Notes: generated by a model not told the origin, from the sequence alone. 64,000 bases of DNA from Pyrinomonadaceae bacterium (GCA_046313635.1 JBKBYA010000003.1:96001-160000), one strand, 5' to 3'. Shown: positions 1-11,552, counted from the stretch's first letter. Numbers and translations are program-made.

Positions 1-1083
<1,083 letters not shown>

Positions 1084-1105
1084 AGATTTGGTGAACTATC
1101 TCTCG

Positions 1106-1981
1106 CTAGTTCATTTTACCAAGAAAGACCGCGCCGCCGAATGTGAGCAGCAGGATCACGCTGACAAAGGCGTTGGTCGTAAAGAACGCGGCGTTCATTC
1201 GGCTGAGGTCGTTCGCCCGCACGAGGGTGTGCTGGTAGACCAGCAGCGCGCCGACGGCGACGACGCCGGCGAGGGCGAGCCAGCCGAGGTCTGTAAGTCC
1301 GTAGAGCAGCACGAGCACGGCAAAGGCCTGAAAGTGAAACAGCCGCGCGATCCACAGCGAGCGTGCGATGCCGACCTTGGCCGGGATCGAGTGCAGGCCG
1401 GCACGGCGATCAAAATCGTGGTCCTGGCACGCGTACATCACGTCGAAACCGGCCGTCCACATCAGCACGAGCAGCGAGAGCAGGATCGGAGTTTCCGAAT
1501 CGATCGCGCCGCGGACGGCGATCCACGCCGCGGTCGGCGAGATCGCGAGCGCCCAGCCGAGCAGGATGTGCGAGAGCGCGGTAAAGCGTTTGGCGTACGA
1601 GTAGCCCAGCACACTAAGCAGAGCGACGGGCGAGAGCGCGAACGTGAGCCAGTTGAGCGAGTACGCCGCGAGCAGAAAGAGCGCGATCGAAGCGTAGAGA
1701 AAGATCCATGCAAAGCCGACCGACAATTTGCCGCTCGGGAGCTCTCGGCCGGCGGTCCGCGGATTCTTTGCGTCGATGTCGCGGTCGGCAATGCGGTTGA
1801 ATGTCATCGCGGCCGAACGCGCGCCGACCATCGCGAGCGTGATCCAGAGCATCTGCCGCCAAGACGGCAGGCCTTCGGCGGCCATCACAGCGCCGAGGAA
1901 CGCGAACGGAAGTGCAAAGAGCGTGTGCTCGAACTTGATCATCTCGAGCGTGGTTTTTAACTTGTGCCAGACGGTCGACAT
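1106..1981 (-). CDS. mqnP: UbiA-family prenyltransferase (MqnP-like, futalosine pathway)
   Basis: [28 protein letters not shown] and YACQDHDFD motifs; multiple TM helices; next to mqnE. Confidence 0.85.
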   Translation of the reverse strand: MSTVWHKLKTTLEMIKFEHTLFALPFAFLGAVMAAEGLPSWRQMLWITLAMVGARSAAMTFNRIADRDIDAKNPRTAGRELPSGKLSVGFAWIFLYASIALFLLAAYSLNWLTFALSPVALLSVLGYSYAKRFTALSHILLGWALAISPTAAWIAVRGAIDSETPILLSLLVLMWTAGFDVMYACQDHDFDRRAGLHSIPAKVGIARSLWIARLFHFQAFAVLVLLYGLTDLGWLALAGVVAVGALLVYQHTLVRANDLSRMNAAFFTTNAFVSVILLLTFGGAVFLGKMN

Positions 1982-2054
1982 TTCGGGCGGTGCGGTAAAG
2001 GCGAGATTCTATCAAAGCGGCAGTGTGATTTCAGCCCGCGGCGAGGACCGAGAG

Positions 2055-2158
2055 CTTTGCGTCCTTTGCGTCTTTCGCTTGGCGATCTTTGCGGTTTGTT
2101 TTCCGCGTGGTAAGAAATAACCGCAAAGTACGCAAAGAGAGATCGCAAAGTCGCAAAG
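2055..2158. repeat. Inverted array of CTTTGCG/CGCAAAG units (REP-like)
   Basis: Left arm ctttgcgtcctttgcg...ctttgcgg and right arm ccgcaaagtacgcaaag...cgcaaagtcgcaaag are complementary. Confidence 0.75.
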
Positions 2159-2188
2159 CGTCTCGTACCGGCCCGCCTCACTCTAGAA

Positions 2189-2722
2189 ATGCCAATCGGA
2201 AAAACTCATGACATCGCGACCGTTGTGCTCGCCGTGCCCGCGGCGATGGCGGCGCAATATTTTTCTGGCGACGCAAAATGGACGTTCGCCTTTGTCACGG
2301 CGTACCTCTTCGGCGGGCTGATGTTCGGCCCCGATCTCGACACGAGGTCGCGGCCGTACGCGCGCTGGTCGATATTCAAATTCATCTGGTTGCCGTACCG
2401 GTGGGCGTTCGCGCACCGCTCGGCGTGGACGCACGGCCTGCTCGCGAGCACTTTGCTGCGGCTGATCTACTTTTTAGGAATGGTGACGCTCGTCGCGTAT
2501 GCCTCTGCTCTCGTGGTCGCGACCGTGCGCGAAGCGCGGGTCGCGACTCTTGTCGACTTTTCGCGAGGCTGGCGTTACCTGGGAGCTTTTACAGGCGCTT
2601 ATCTCGGAAACCGAGGTCTGATCGCGGCACTTGCCGGCGTATGGACGGGAGCGTTCGTTCACACGCTGCTTGACGTCGTGGTCACGTACGTCAAGACCGG
2701 CCGCGTGTCGAGGCTGATTTAG
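2189..2722 (+). CDS. DUF2227-family putative metal-binding membrane protein
   Basis: MPxGKTHD, GPDLDTRS, HRSAWTHG and HTLLD motifs. Confidence 0.8.
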   Translation: MPIGKTHDIATVVLAVPAAMAAQYFSGDAKWTFAFVTAYLFGGLMFGPDLDTRSRPYARWSIFKFIWLPYRWAFAHRSAWTHGLLASTLLRLIYFLGMVTLVAYASALVVATVREARVATLVDFSRGWRYLGAFTGAYLGNRGLIAALAGVWTGAFVHTLLDVVVTYVKTGRVSRLI

Positions 2723-3930
2723 CTCTTGTCGCCCGAGCGTGCCTTTGACAGCCGAAGCGCGTGGCGGCGGACGGCCTCGGGGACGTTCTTGTTCTTTGTC
2801 AGCGCGACGAGGTCTTTGAACTGCATTCGGTTCATCAGGCTCATCGAGTTGCCGATCGGTGTTCGCGGATTTTTGACGAGGTTTTGCACGATCGTGTAGT
2901 TGCGCATCCAGCTGCGGTTCATGGCGATCTGGCGAAGCACGTCCTCGGGAACGGTACGCATGGCGGCGACCGACTCGACCTCCTGCTCGGTGATGCGCGG
3001 ATTGTTGATGACGGCGCTCGCGACCATTCGATTCGGGTCTCGGATGAGGATGTTGCGGGCCTCGCGGTCGCCCTTCATGCCGAGCTTTATGCGGTCCTTC
3101 ATGCCCATCTTCATCACGCGGTTGAGCATCGAGACGCGGGCCGCGGTCGCCGTTCCCTCTTCTGAGCTCATCTCCCCGAGGATCTTTTCAAATGCGGCAC
3201 GGCGCTGTGCGTCGGTCTCCTCGTAGATCTCCTCGAGATACTCGAGTCCCATCCACGAGTCGTCGGTATCGCGGTCTTCGACCTCGATGTGCTGCGACAG
3301 GAATATCGCGTCCTCGACGGTGAGGCCGCCCTCGGAAAAGTCGGCCTGCTCGATAAACTCGGCCGCGGCGTGATTGCCCTGGGCCCTGAGCTCGCTCGCA
3401 GCCTGTGCGGCACCGCGTTCCTTTTCAAAGAATTCGCGCCGTGTCTCGACGACGCGTCTTTCTGCCTCGGCCGAGCGGTTCGGGTTGCTGAGGATGGCGT
3501 CGATCAGCTCAGGCGAACGTATCAGCAGCTGTTGATTGAGAGAGAGCAGTTCGAGCGGAGCGGTGTGGCTGGTCGAGCGGGCAAACTCGATCATCGCGTC
3601 ATCCGGAGTATCGGCGTGGGTCACCACCCTCTCGCAGAGGGCGGCCGGCAGCGACGGCCGGCGGAGCAGCCAGCCCAGCACCGACGGTGCCGCCTCGCCC
3701 GACTCGACGAGCCGCTCAAGGTCGGCGGGCGACTGCGCGGCGAGCGTCTCGCGAGCGACAGAGGCGAGTTCTTGGTCCGTTCCCTCGGCGAGGGCTACCA
3801 AAACCTCGATCAGGTCGCTCTGCGGCAGCGGCAGGATGCCGCGCGCGGCAGACATCCGCGCAAAGTGAGGGGCCGTGCCGTCGATCACCGACAGAGCGGC
3901 CGGATTTTTGGACCTGATATCGTGCGGCAT
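2719..3930 (-). CDS. Conserved hypothetical helical-repeat protein
   Basis: Long ORF with typical codon usage; C-terminal RIKLGMKGDREARNILIRDPN...LVKNPRTP domain; start taken at MPHDIRSK. Confidence 0.7.
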   Translation of the reverse strand: MPHDIRSKNPAALSVIDGTAPHFARMSAARGILPLPQSDLIEVLVALAEGTDQELASVARETLAAQSPADLERLVESGEAAPSVLGWLLRRPSLPAALCERVVTHADTPDDAMIEFARSTSHTAPLELLSLNQQLLIRSPELIDAILSNPNRSAEAERRVVETRREFFEKERGAAQAASELRAQGNHAAAEFIEQADFSEGGLTVEDAIFLSQHIEVEDRDTDDSWMGLEYLEEIYEETDAQRRAAFEKILGEMSSEEGTATAARVSMLNRVMKMGMKDRIKLGMKGDREARNILIRDPNRMVASAVINNPRITEQEVESVAAMRTVPEDVLRQIAMNRSWMRNYTIVQNLVKNPRTPIGNSMSLMNRMQFKDLVALTKNKNVPEAVRRHALRLSKARSGDKS

Positions 3931-4104
3931 ACTTGAATTTGAATCGAAAAGACCGTGCAGATGCGGCCGCGACAGGCCAGGCGGGATGCCGGCAACGATT
4001 TTAGCACAACGTGCTTTTGGGCCGGCGCGAGCGGTGCGGGACAAACAGGTTTACACCCTCGGAGGCCGTGTCGTAGGATTTCATTAACTCAAGAAAATCA
4101 AATA

Positions 4105-5442
<1,338 letters not shown>

Positions 5443-5503
5443 ACGACGAGTTTGGTGCGCAACGATACTTTTCAAAATTTTGTTGGTTCTACTTAAAAAA
5501 GAC

Positions 5504-5533
5504 TTGATTTCAAATGCTCCAGGTCTCTATAAT
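5504..5533 (+). promoter_or_regulatory. Putative sigma70 promoter for the island
   Basis: TTGATT-N18-TATAAT preceded by an AT-rich tract. Confidence 0.55.
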
Positions 5534-5661
5534 CGCGTCTCAAATTTTCAACTTCAAGGCATATGTACCCCAACGCTCTCAATTGCCTGACCTTTGATCC
5601 CACGCGAATCGCGGCGTCAATTGTAGGTAATCTTGAGCTTGGGAAGCACTTGCCTTACCAA

Positions 5662-5703
5662 AATGCCTCGAGACTAAATCGATAGTCTCGAGGCATTGCT
5701 TTT
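5662..5703 (+). terminator. Hairpin plus T-rich tail in the island leader
   Basis: AATGCCTCGAGACTA-aatcga-TAGTCTCGAGGCATT followed by gctttt. Confidence 0.6.
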
Positions 5704-5779
5704 AACTGCTTCTGCCGTGTCTAGGACAACAGACGGCTCAACCTGAGGCCCTTTCCTCTCTTCAAAAGTTAGGAAGAAT

Positions 5780-6418
5780 ATGCAAAAAAATCGACGCTTT
5801 GGAATAAGTGCTTTGCTTGTCACAACTTCCATTGTGGTTCTGTTGACGACGGCTTGTCCGAGGCCGAGAAGTCAAAGCACAACCATCGAAGTTCAGACCA
5901 ATCCAAACCGGGTTGTCGTGAGACACACGATAAACTGGCTCGCGCCAACGAGTGAGATAAATGCTCAACTTAGCTCTAATCAGGGGAAAGGAATCTTGGA
6001 TCTCGCAAATCCTTGGCAACCGGATTCCGCTACTTCCGGGTATGCGGTCATCAAGGTAAGAGGATCAGATGGACAATTTGCATCATCTACGTTTAATGCT
6101 CATCTTGTGTCGGGAACCGTCCCCGCAGTCTCCAGCGACACGACCCCATACTTTTACGTTCTAGACGATCAAGAGACGGCTACCAATTTTGTAAGTCAAC
6201 AATCGCTCGGACAGACCAATACCGAGATTGAGGCAGAATTCGTGTTCACAGCGCTGCAGGTAGACTGCACGATTCCAACCGGCGACTATACGAGCCACTT
6301 GCGTCACGAAGACTCCTCGGGAGTAACGTACTACGATTCGTTTACCTTCCAGTATTTCGTGCCGGATAACGTTCAAGGAAGCAACCGCTGCGAGCAAGCA
6401 ACGATAACGCTCAAATAG
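5780..6418 (+). CDS. Hypothetical lipoprotein (beta-rich, conserved Cys pair)
   Basis: Basic N-terminus, hydrophobic stretch, LTTAC lipobox-like motif; C-terminal half is paralogous to 7808..8170. Confidence 0.75.
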   Translation: MQKNRRFGISALLVTTSIVVLLTTACPRPRSQSTTIEVQTNPNRVVVRHTINWLAPTSEINAQLSSNQGKGILDLANPWQPDSATSGYAVIKVRGSDGQFASSTFNAHLVSGTVPAVSSDTTPYFYVLDDQETATNFVSQQSLGQTNTEIEAEFVFTALQVDCTIPTGDYTSHLRHEDSSGVTYYDSFTFQYFVPDNVQGSNRCEQATITLK

Positions 6419-6502
6419 GCTGGCTGGATTGACATGATTCCCGGGTACTGGCTTCCACCACCCAATGGAAACCAGTATTGACCGGTTCAGGCGACCGCTC
6501 GC

Positions 6503-7807
6503 ATGATGTCTTGTTTTAAATGGCTGCGTCGACTCGTTGGAGTTATTCTTGGCATCGCCCTACTCTCGCTCTCAGTAGCCGCCCAAACGTTTCAATCAAC
6601 GGTCGTCCAAATAGAACGCGACAAGATCATCGTTAATAAGATTTCCGATCCAAGCATAGAAATCGTCGACCTGGGCGAACAAATAAGAACCCGCTGTGCC
6701 AATAGCTATCGTGTTGAAGCATACGGGATCTCTGGCGAAATAAGGTTCGATTCTCTTGGCGAGGCCGACAAGGAATCACTTGGTAGACTGTTGTTGGATT
6801 TGTCCGCAACGATCCGCAGGCTGCTGAGCCCCTTAGAGGTGCGCCCCATAGTGTTGCTCGTATGCAAGTTTGAGCAGGTGCCTAAAAACTATCGATTTGT
6901 TCAGCCGGGAGTAGATGCTGCCTTTCCCGTCGTTCTGCTTTATCAAGATCCGAGAGGGTTGGATCTTGGATGTAAGACGTACTCCACATTCTGTGAGGAG
7001 CTTTACGCGACGACCCCGCACGAGATCACACATTTGTCACTTGGCAAGCTTGTCGGCGGCAGAGAATCTCAAGTGGCTCGCTGGTTTGACGAGGGGATGG
7101 CCAATTACGTCGAGCAGGAAGTGTCGCGAGTTTTGGCTCCGGTGGTGTTTGAAAGAAAGCTTTGGAACACGTTTCCGCGGGTGAGCCTTAATCGCAGCTC
7201 TGTTCGAAGTCAGATATGGAAATGGAAGCCTGTAAATACAGTCGACTCGGTCGGCAGTTTGAGCACTTGGGAAAAGAAATGGAATGAGATGTCATTATAT
7301 GGTGCTTCGGCAGAGGTGTTTCGGTTGGTAATAAACCGCGCAAACGGGCAAGGCTACGAGAACCCTTTGAAACTAATACTTAAAAACGTCTACAAAATGG
7401 CTGGCAAGCGTTCCCTTGATAGCGAAGATATCATCTCTATCGTTAACACCACTCTGAAGACCGATATCAGGAACCTTGGCTTGCTGACCTCCGAAGAGAA
7501 GAAGGAATTGATAAAGACTGCGATCGAAATTCTTTCGCATCCTTCCGATGAATCCTCCGAGACCCGAGATCGAACGTTTTATGCGCTTAGCATTCTGGCA
7601 TGCTTGGACGGAGAAGTGTCGGCTGAAACAATTGAACTACTTGTATCGATCGTAAACAACACACAGCAGCCTGATATTTTTAGGGGGTTGGCCGCGACCG
7701 CGCTTCAACAAAGGGTCAGAAGCGGGCATCAGCAAGAAGCACACAAATTTGATTCCGAATTCAAAACGAAGCTACGTAATCTGACATTTCGCTCAGCCCT
7801 CGAGTGA
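6503..7807 (+). CDS. Secreted gluzincin-type (clan MA) zinc metallopeptidase with helical C-terminus
   Basis: Signal peptide (…SVAAQ); HEITH…RWFDEGMANY; YGAS. Confidence 0.75.
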   Translation: MMSCFKWLRRLVGVILGIALLSLSVAAQTFQSTVVQIERDKIIVNKISDPSIEIVDLGEQIRTRCANSYRVEAYGISGEIRFDSLGEADKESLGRLLLDLSATIRRLLSPLEVRPIVLLVCKFEQVPKNYRFVQPGVDAAFPVVLLYQDPRGLDLGCKTYSTFCEELYATTPHEITHLSLGKLVGGRESQVARWFDEGMANYVEQEVSRVLAPVVFERKLWNTFPRVSLNRSSVRSQIWKWKPVNTVDSVGSLSTWEKKWNEMSLYGASAEVFRLVINRANGQGYENPLKLILKNVYKMAGKRSLDSEDIISIVNTTLKTDIRNLGLLTSEEKKELIKTAIEILSHPSDESSETRDRTFYALSILACLDGEVSAETIELLVSIVNNTQQPDIFRGLAATALQQRVRSGHQQEAHKFDSEFKTKLRNLTFRSALE

Positions 7808-8170
7808 TTGACTAAGGAAAACGGTCGGATCGCACAGTCGAGTTTCCCGATTCAACCGGTGTTAGGAACTGTTAGTGAGGTCGACAAAGATACAACTCCC
7901 CGGATATACGCATTCTCGGATCCGAGTTCGGTTGAAACTTTCGCCGGACAGGCGCTTACCGGTGAAGAGAACGCCAACATCGAGATCGAGAATGTCATTT
8001 CCACCTATCAGGCTGACTGCACGATCCCATCCGGTAAGTATGTCAACCATGTAAGATGGGTCGACTCGACGGGCGTGACGTATCTCGACTCTTTCTATTT
8101 CAACTACTACGTTCCTGATAACGTTCAGGGTAACAACAGGTGTGAACAGGCGACTATCACCATTGAGTAG
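7808..8170 (+). pseudogene. N-terminally truncated paralog of the 5780..6418 lipoprotein
   Basis: DTTP, DCTIPxG, DSxGVTYxDSF and VPDNVQGxNRCEQATIT are shared; no signal peptide; begins with TTG immediately after the upstream TGA. Confidence 0.7.
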
Positions 8171-8255
8171 TTGATAGTCGAAGTCCGAGATGCGGAGCTG
8201 CTGATTATTGTACCTCCCACCGGCTCCGCATCGGAGTAAAGATGGAGTAAGTATT

Positions 8256-9587
8256 ATGCGCACGTTTGGATTCAGGCCGAACCAGAGGCTTTCTGTGTTC
8301 GTGATATTTACATGGATTTTCTTGGTCGCCCCGGCGCTGGACTTATTTGAATGTCTCGCGCAGATCCCGCGCAGCAATCCGGTCGAATTCATAAAGTTTT
8401 CGGATTCGAGTCAACCGATAGTTGACCTAACATCCCAAGTAAAAGATTCCTGTGGCGCGGTAATCGCGAAAGACATCGGCGCGGTTCGCCTATCAGTACA
8501 CTTCCAACCCAGCTATCGAGAGAGAGCGGAGACGGCGGCAAACATGTTAATGGCCGTCATTCGTGAAACTCAAAAGCTACTTCACCCGCTGACGCCGCCG
8601 GACGTTAAGTTGTACCTTTTGCAAGTTGACAAGGTTCCAATCAATTACAAGATGCGGGAAATCTCAGGAGGGAAACCGTTTTACGTTTCGCTTTGGTTAT
8701 TCCGAGGAACCGAAGAGTTGGATCTTACCAAATGTCACCCGCGAGGGTTTTGTTCCGAGATCTTTAGTGTTACCCCGCATGAGCTTACGCATCCTGTTCT
8801 GGAGAATTTGATAACTCGGAAGCAAACACGCTGGTTTGATGATGGCCTCGCCGAGTACGTCAGCAATAGCATCCTTGAACGCTTTAACCCCACCGAGTTG
8901 CGAATCAAGCTTCGAAGTTATGTGCCCGAGATGTCGCTGCACCGGCAAGATATTAGAGAAAATATCTTCGCGTGGCGCGAGGCAGGTGTTGGATTTTTTA
9001 AGATTTCGCAGCGCGATTTGAGCAACGAAATTTATTATTACGGGGCGTCGTACGAGTTGGTCCGGCAGGTTGTCGAACGTGCAAAAAGGAACGGTGTCGA
9101 GGCTCCGCTGGAGGTGTTGCTGCGAGGTCTCAAGGAATTGCGTGAGCGATCTGGGGCGCCGGTGTCGACCAGCGACATAATCTCGATAATGGAAAGTAAG
9201 CTGAAGATAAATCCGAAAACTTTTGGAGACTTGGATTCCAACAGGCAAAAAGCATTTTGGGATGAGGCGATATCTTTACTTTCCGGGAGTGAGGTTAGCG
9301 ACGATGACAAGAAATATGCGCTCTACATCTTTGCTGCGCTGGACCGCGCTCCGCTCACTCGCGAATGGCTTGGATACTTGATGGATATTGTCTATAAATC
9401 GGAGGATGCCGACACCATTCGCCGAGAGTTGGCGGCGAGCGCGCTCACGGTAAGGTTCAAACAAGCCGGGTTCGACGATGCTTTACGAAATTACCTTTCG
9501 TCGAGTAACCCGAAGGTTAAGGGCAAGTCAGTCAGGGAGGTCAAGCAGAAGTTAGTGTCAATGTCGTTGATACCGACTCCTGATTAG
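8256..9587 (+). CDS. Second secreted HExxH metallopeptidase (paralog of 6503..7807)
   Basis: Hydrophobic N-terminus; FC...TPHELTH…RWFDDGLAEY; YGAS; YALYIFAALD; RELAASAL. Confidence 0.75.
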   Translation: MRTFGFRPNQRLSVFVIFTWIFLVAPALDLFECLAQIPRSNPVEFIKFSDSSQPIVDLTSQVKDSCGAVIAKDIGAVRLSVHFQPSYRERAETAANMLMAVIRETQKLLHPLTPPDVKLYLLQVDKVPINYKMREISGGKPFYVSLWLFRGTEELDLTKCHPRGFCSEIFSVTPHELTHPVLENLITRKQTRWFDDGLAEYVSNSILERFNPTELRIKLRSYVPEMSLHRQDIRENIFAWREAGVGFFKISQRDLSNEIYYYGASYELVRQVVERAKRNGVEAPLEVLLRGLKELRERSGAPVSTSDIISIMESKLKINPKTFGDLDSNRQKAFWDEAISLLSGSEVSDDDKKYALYIFAALDRAPLTREWLGYLMDIVYKSEDADTIRRELAASALTVRFKQAGFDDALRNYLSSSNPKVKGKSVREVKQKLVSMSLIPTPD

Positions 9588-9680
9588 ACATACTAGAGCA
9601 GTTCGGAGCCTGAGCGCACAGTCGTGTATTCCGGAATGCATAGATGCGCGACAGCCCTTTCTGCCCGTCGTGCGGACGAT

Positions 9681-9866
9681 CCGCTCTACAACCAGGAACT
9701 CACCGACGAACTATTAAGCGAATCCGACTGCGTCGTGATCTGCACCGAGCACAGCAACGTCGAGTACGAACGCGTGTGCAAACTCTCGAAGCTGGTCGTC
9801 GACACCCGCAACGCTCTTAAGGAAGAGCACCGGAACGGCAGTAAGGGAAAGATCGTGCGGCTGTAA
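9681..9866 (+). pseudogene. Orphan duplicate of the dehydrogenase 3' end (right copy of the direct repeat)
   Basis: Encodes PLYNQELTDELL...KGKIVRL*; 55 of 61 aa identical to the C-terminus of 4105..5442. Confidence 0.9.
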
Positions 9867-9947
9867 CCGCGGTATGCGGCTCGGCCGTCCCCGCCGCGGT
9901 TGACTGTGAGTGTAAAATTGAAAGTTGTACCGATGGAGGTTTGAATT

Positions 9948-10199
9948 ATGGAGAATGTTTTCATCAATATCTTTCCCTTCATCCTCGCGGCCGCCTTCGT
10001 CGGTGCGAGTTTCCTCGGCGGTCGATTTTTTTCGGCGCGGACGCGGGCGATTTTCGGGATGGTGTTTGCGGGGTACTTTTCGCTGATGGTTTTTATCGAT
10101 GCAGATTCTCGGTATCTCTATTTGTTTATGGTGATCATTTCGTTGGCGAGTGCTGCGCGACTTTTCAGTGAGGAAATGCGCGGCTTGCCGCCACGATGA
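9948..10199 (+). CDS. Small hypothetical membrane protein
   Basis: GGAGG RBS; three hydrophobic segments; stop codon lies inside the adjacent REP. Confidence 0.6.
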   Translation: MENVFINIFPFILAAAFVGASFLGGRFFSARTRAIFGMVFAGYFSLMVFIDADSRYLYLFMVIISLASAARLFSEEMRGLPPR

Positions 10200-10257
10200 G
10201 CGGAAGGGCTCGGTCCTTCCGTGAGTTCTATCAAAAATCATCGGAGGCTTGCCTCCG
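10178..10257. repeat. REP-like element, left flank of RAYT-1
   Basis: Imperfect reverse complement of 10815..10890; mini-hairpins such as GGAGGCTTGCCTCC. Confidence 0.85.
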
Positions 10258-10266
10258 ATTTTCTTT

Positions 10267-10812
10267 TCAAGAACGCCGCCAATTGATTCGGTCGATGTTC
10301 ATTTCGAGCGGCTCATTATCAAGCGGTCGCCGCTGCCAGATTCTTGCGCTCGAGTACAGGTAATGCTCGGGACGTTCGACCAATCCCGCCTCGACTGGAT
10401 TATTGTGGATGTATCTGACCTTCTGCATAAACGTCGACTCCGCCGTTAGCAGAAATTTATCCCAGTGATGCTCCCACAGAGAGTACCGGTAATCGTCCCG
10501 CTTCCTGGCCAGTCGAAGTTTTGCAAGCGACGAATCGAATCCGCCTTCCTTCAGGTAGCCGATTACCCGCCGTGCCGTGATTCCGTTAAGTTACCTAAGT
10601 GAGTTTGCGGTCGAGAGTTTTCCATCAGTGATGATGTGGAGATGGTCGGGCATTATTACGTAAGCGAACAACATCATTCCGGAGGAGCGGCGTGCCTCGT
10701 CGAGAGCATGGCACATGACCTGTTTGAGTCTGTCTGTGCGGAAGACTGATAGTCGTTTGTGCGTGACCGGGGTGAAATAGTAACAGGGCGTGTCGAACGA
10801 AATCCGCGTCAT
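10267..10812 (-). pseudogene. REP-associated tyrosine transposase (Y1/RAYT) with internal TAA
   Basis: YYFTPVT, YVIMPDHLH (HUH), TAA at 10591-10593, then in-frame LNGITARR…LWEH…YIHNNPVEAGLV…YSS. Confidence 0.88.
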
Positions 10813-10814
10813 AT

Positions 10815-10890
10815 GGAGGCAAGCCTCCGCGATGATATTCAGAGCTTTTCCGAAAGGCAAGCCTTTCCGCTCATCGTGGCGTCAAGCCGC
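10815..10890. repeat. REP-like element, right flank of RAYT-1
   Basis: GGAGGCAAGCCTCC…AAGGCAAGCCTTTCCGCTCATCGTGGCGTCAAGCCGCG. Confidence 0.85.
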
Positions 10891-10973
10891 GGGAAAAACT
10901 GAAGAGAGATTCAACGGGAGGAATCGAAAATTCAATTTTCGCTTCCTGATGTTTTGAAGTTGGAAGTCGGTAG

Positions 10974-11003
10974 AAAACAAAAGGCGGGCTTTGGTGCCCG
11001 CCT
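10974..11003 (-). terminator. Rho-independent terminator after the selenoprotein gene
   Basis: AGGCGGGC-accaaa-GCCCGCCT-TTTGTTTT on the minus strand. Confidence 0.8.
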
Positions 11004-11011
11004 CTTGGCTT

Positions 11012-11524
11012 TTATGGTTTTTTGTTTTCCGATTTCTTCTCCGGTGCGTTCGTGTTTCCGCTTGCCGGGGCCGATTCCATCGGGAAGCCCGCTTCTTTCC
11101 AGGCCCTTGTTCCGCCGACGAGAGCGTATGCGTTTTCGATACCGTTTTCTTTTGCTTGAGATACCCAACTGGCACTCGAATGCTCGTTCGCTCAGGAACA
11201 GTAGGCAATTACCTTTTTGCCCTTTGGTATCTTGCTGGCCTCCGCGGCGAGCGATGCGATCGGGATATTGATCGAGCCCTTGATGTGCTCCTGCCGGTAC
11301 GAATTTTCGTCGCGGACGTCGACGATCACGGCCGAGCCGTCGTCAAACGCTTTTTTCGCATCCGCGAGCGAGATCCGCGGAGCGTTGTCGCCGTCGTGGT
11401 CGTGCGGGTCGGCCGCGGCGGTCGGCGCCGGCGATGGCGCGACGCCGATGGGCGGGGCGGCATCGGTGCATGCGAGGCCGAATGCCAGACACGCGACGGC
11501 CGTTATCGTTAGATACTTCAACAT
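11012..11524 (-). CDS. Rhodanese-domain lipoprotein, predicted selenoprotein (C-S-U)
   Basis: FGLAC lipobox; VDVR…HIKGSINIP…IAYCS-TGA(11192-11194)-ANEHSSA…ALVGGTRAWKEAGFPME…TAA; SECIS-like hairpin downstream of the TGA. Confidence 0.85.
11154..11183 (-). promoter_or_regulatory. Putative bacterial SECIS element
   Basis: GAG-UGCC-[AGUUG]-GGUA-U-CUC; apical loop starts 21 nt after the UGA; GU in the loop; bulged U. Confidence 0.7.
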
Positions 11525-11552
11525 CGATCTCTCCTGAAAAAAATAAGTTTGA

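Noticed and set aside
7805..7807. Peptidase-1 TGA as selenocysteine
   Set aside because: It aligns with the natural end of the paralog, has no redox-motif context and no evident SECIS.
10882..11208. Basic 78-aa and 108-aa minus-strand ORFs
   Set aside because: They are alternative frames over the true C-terminal half of the selenoprotein.
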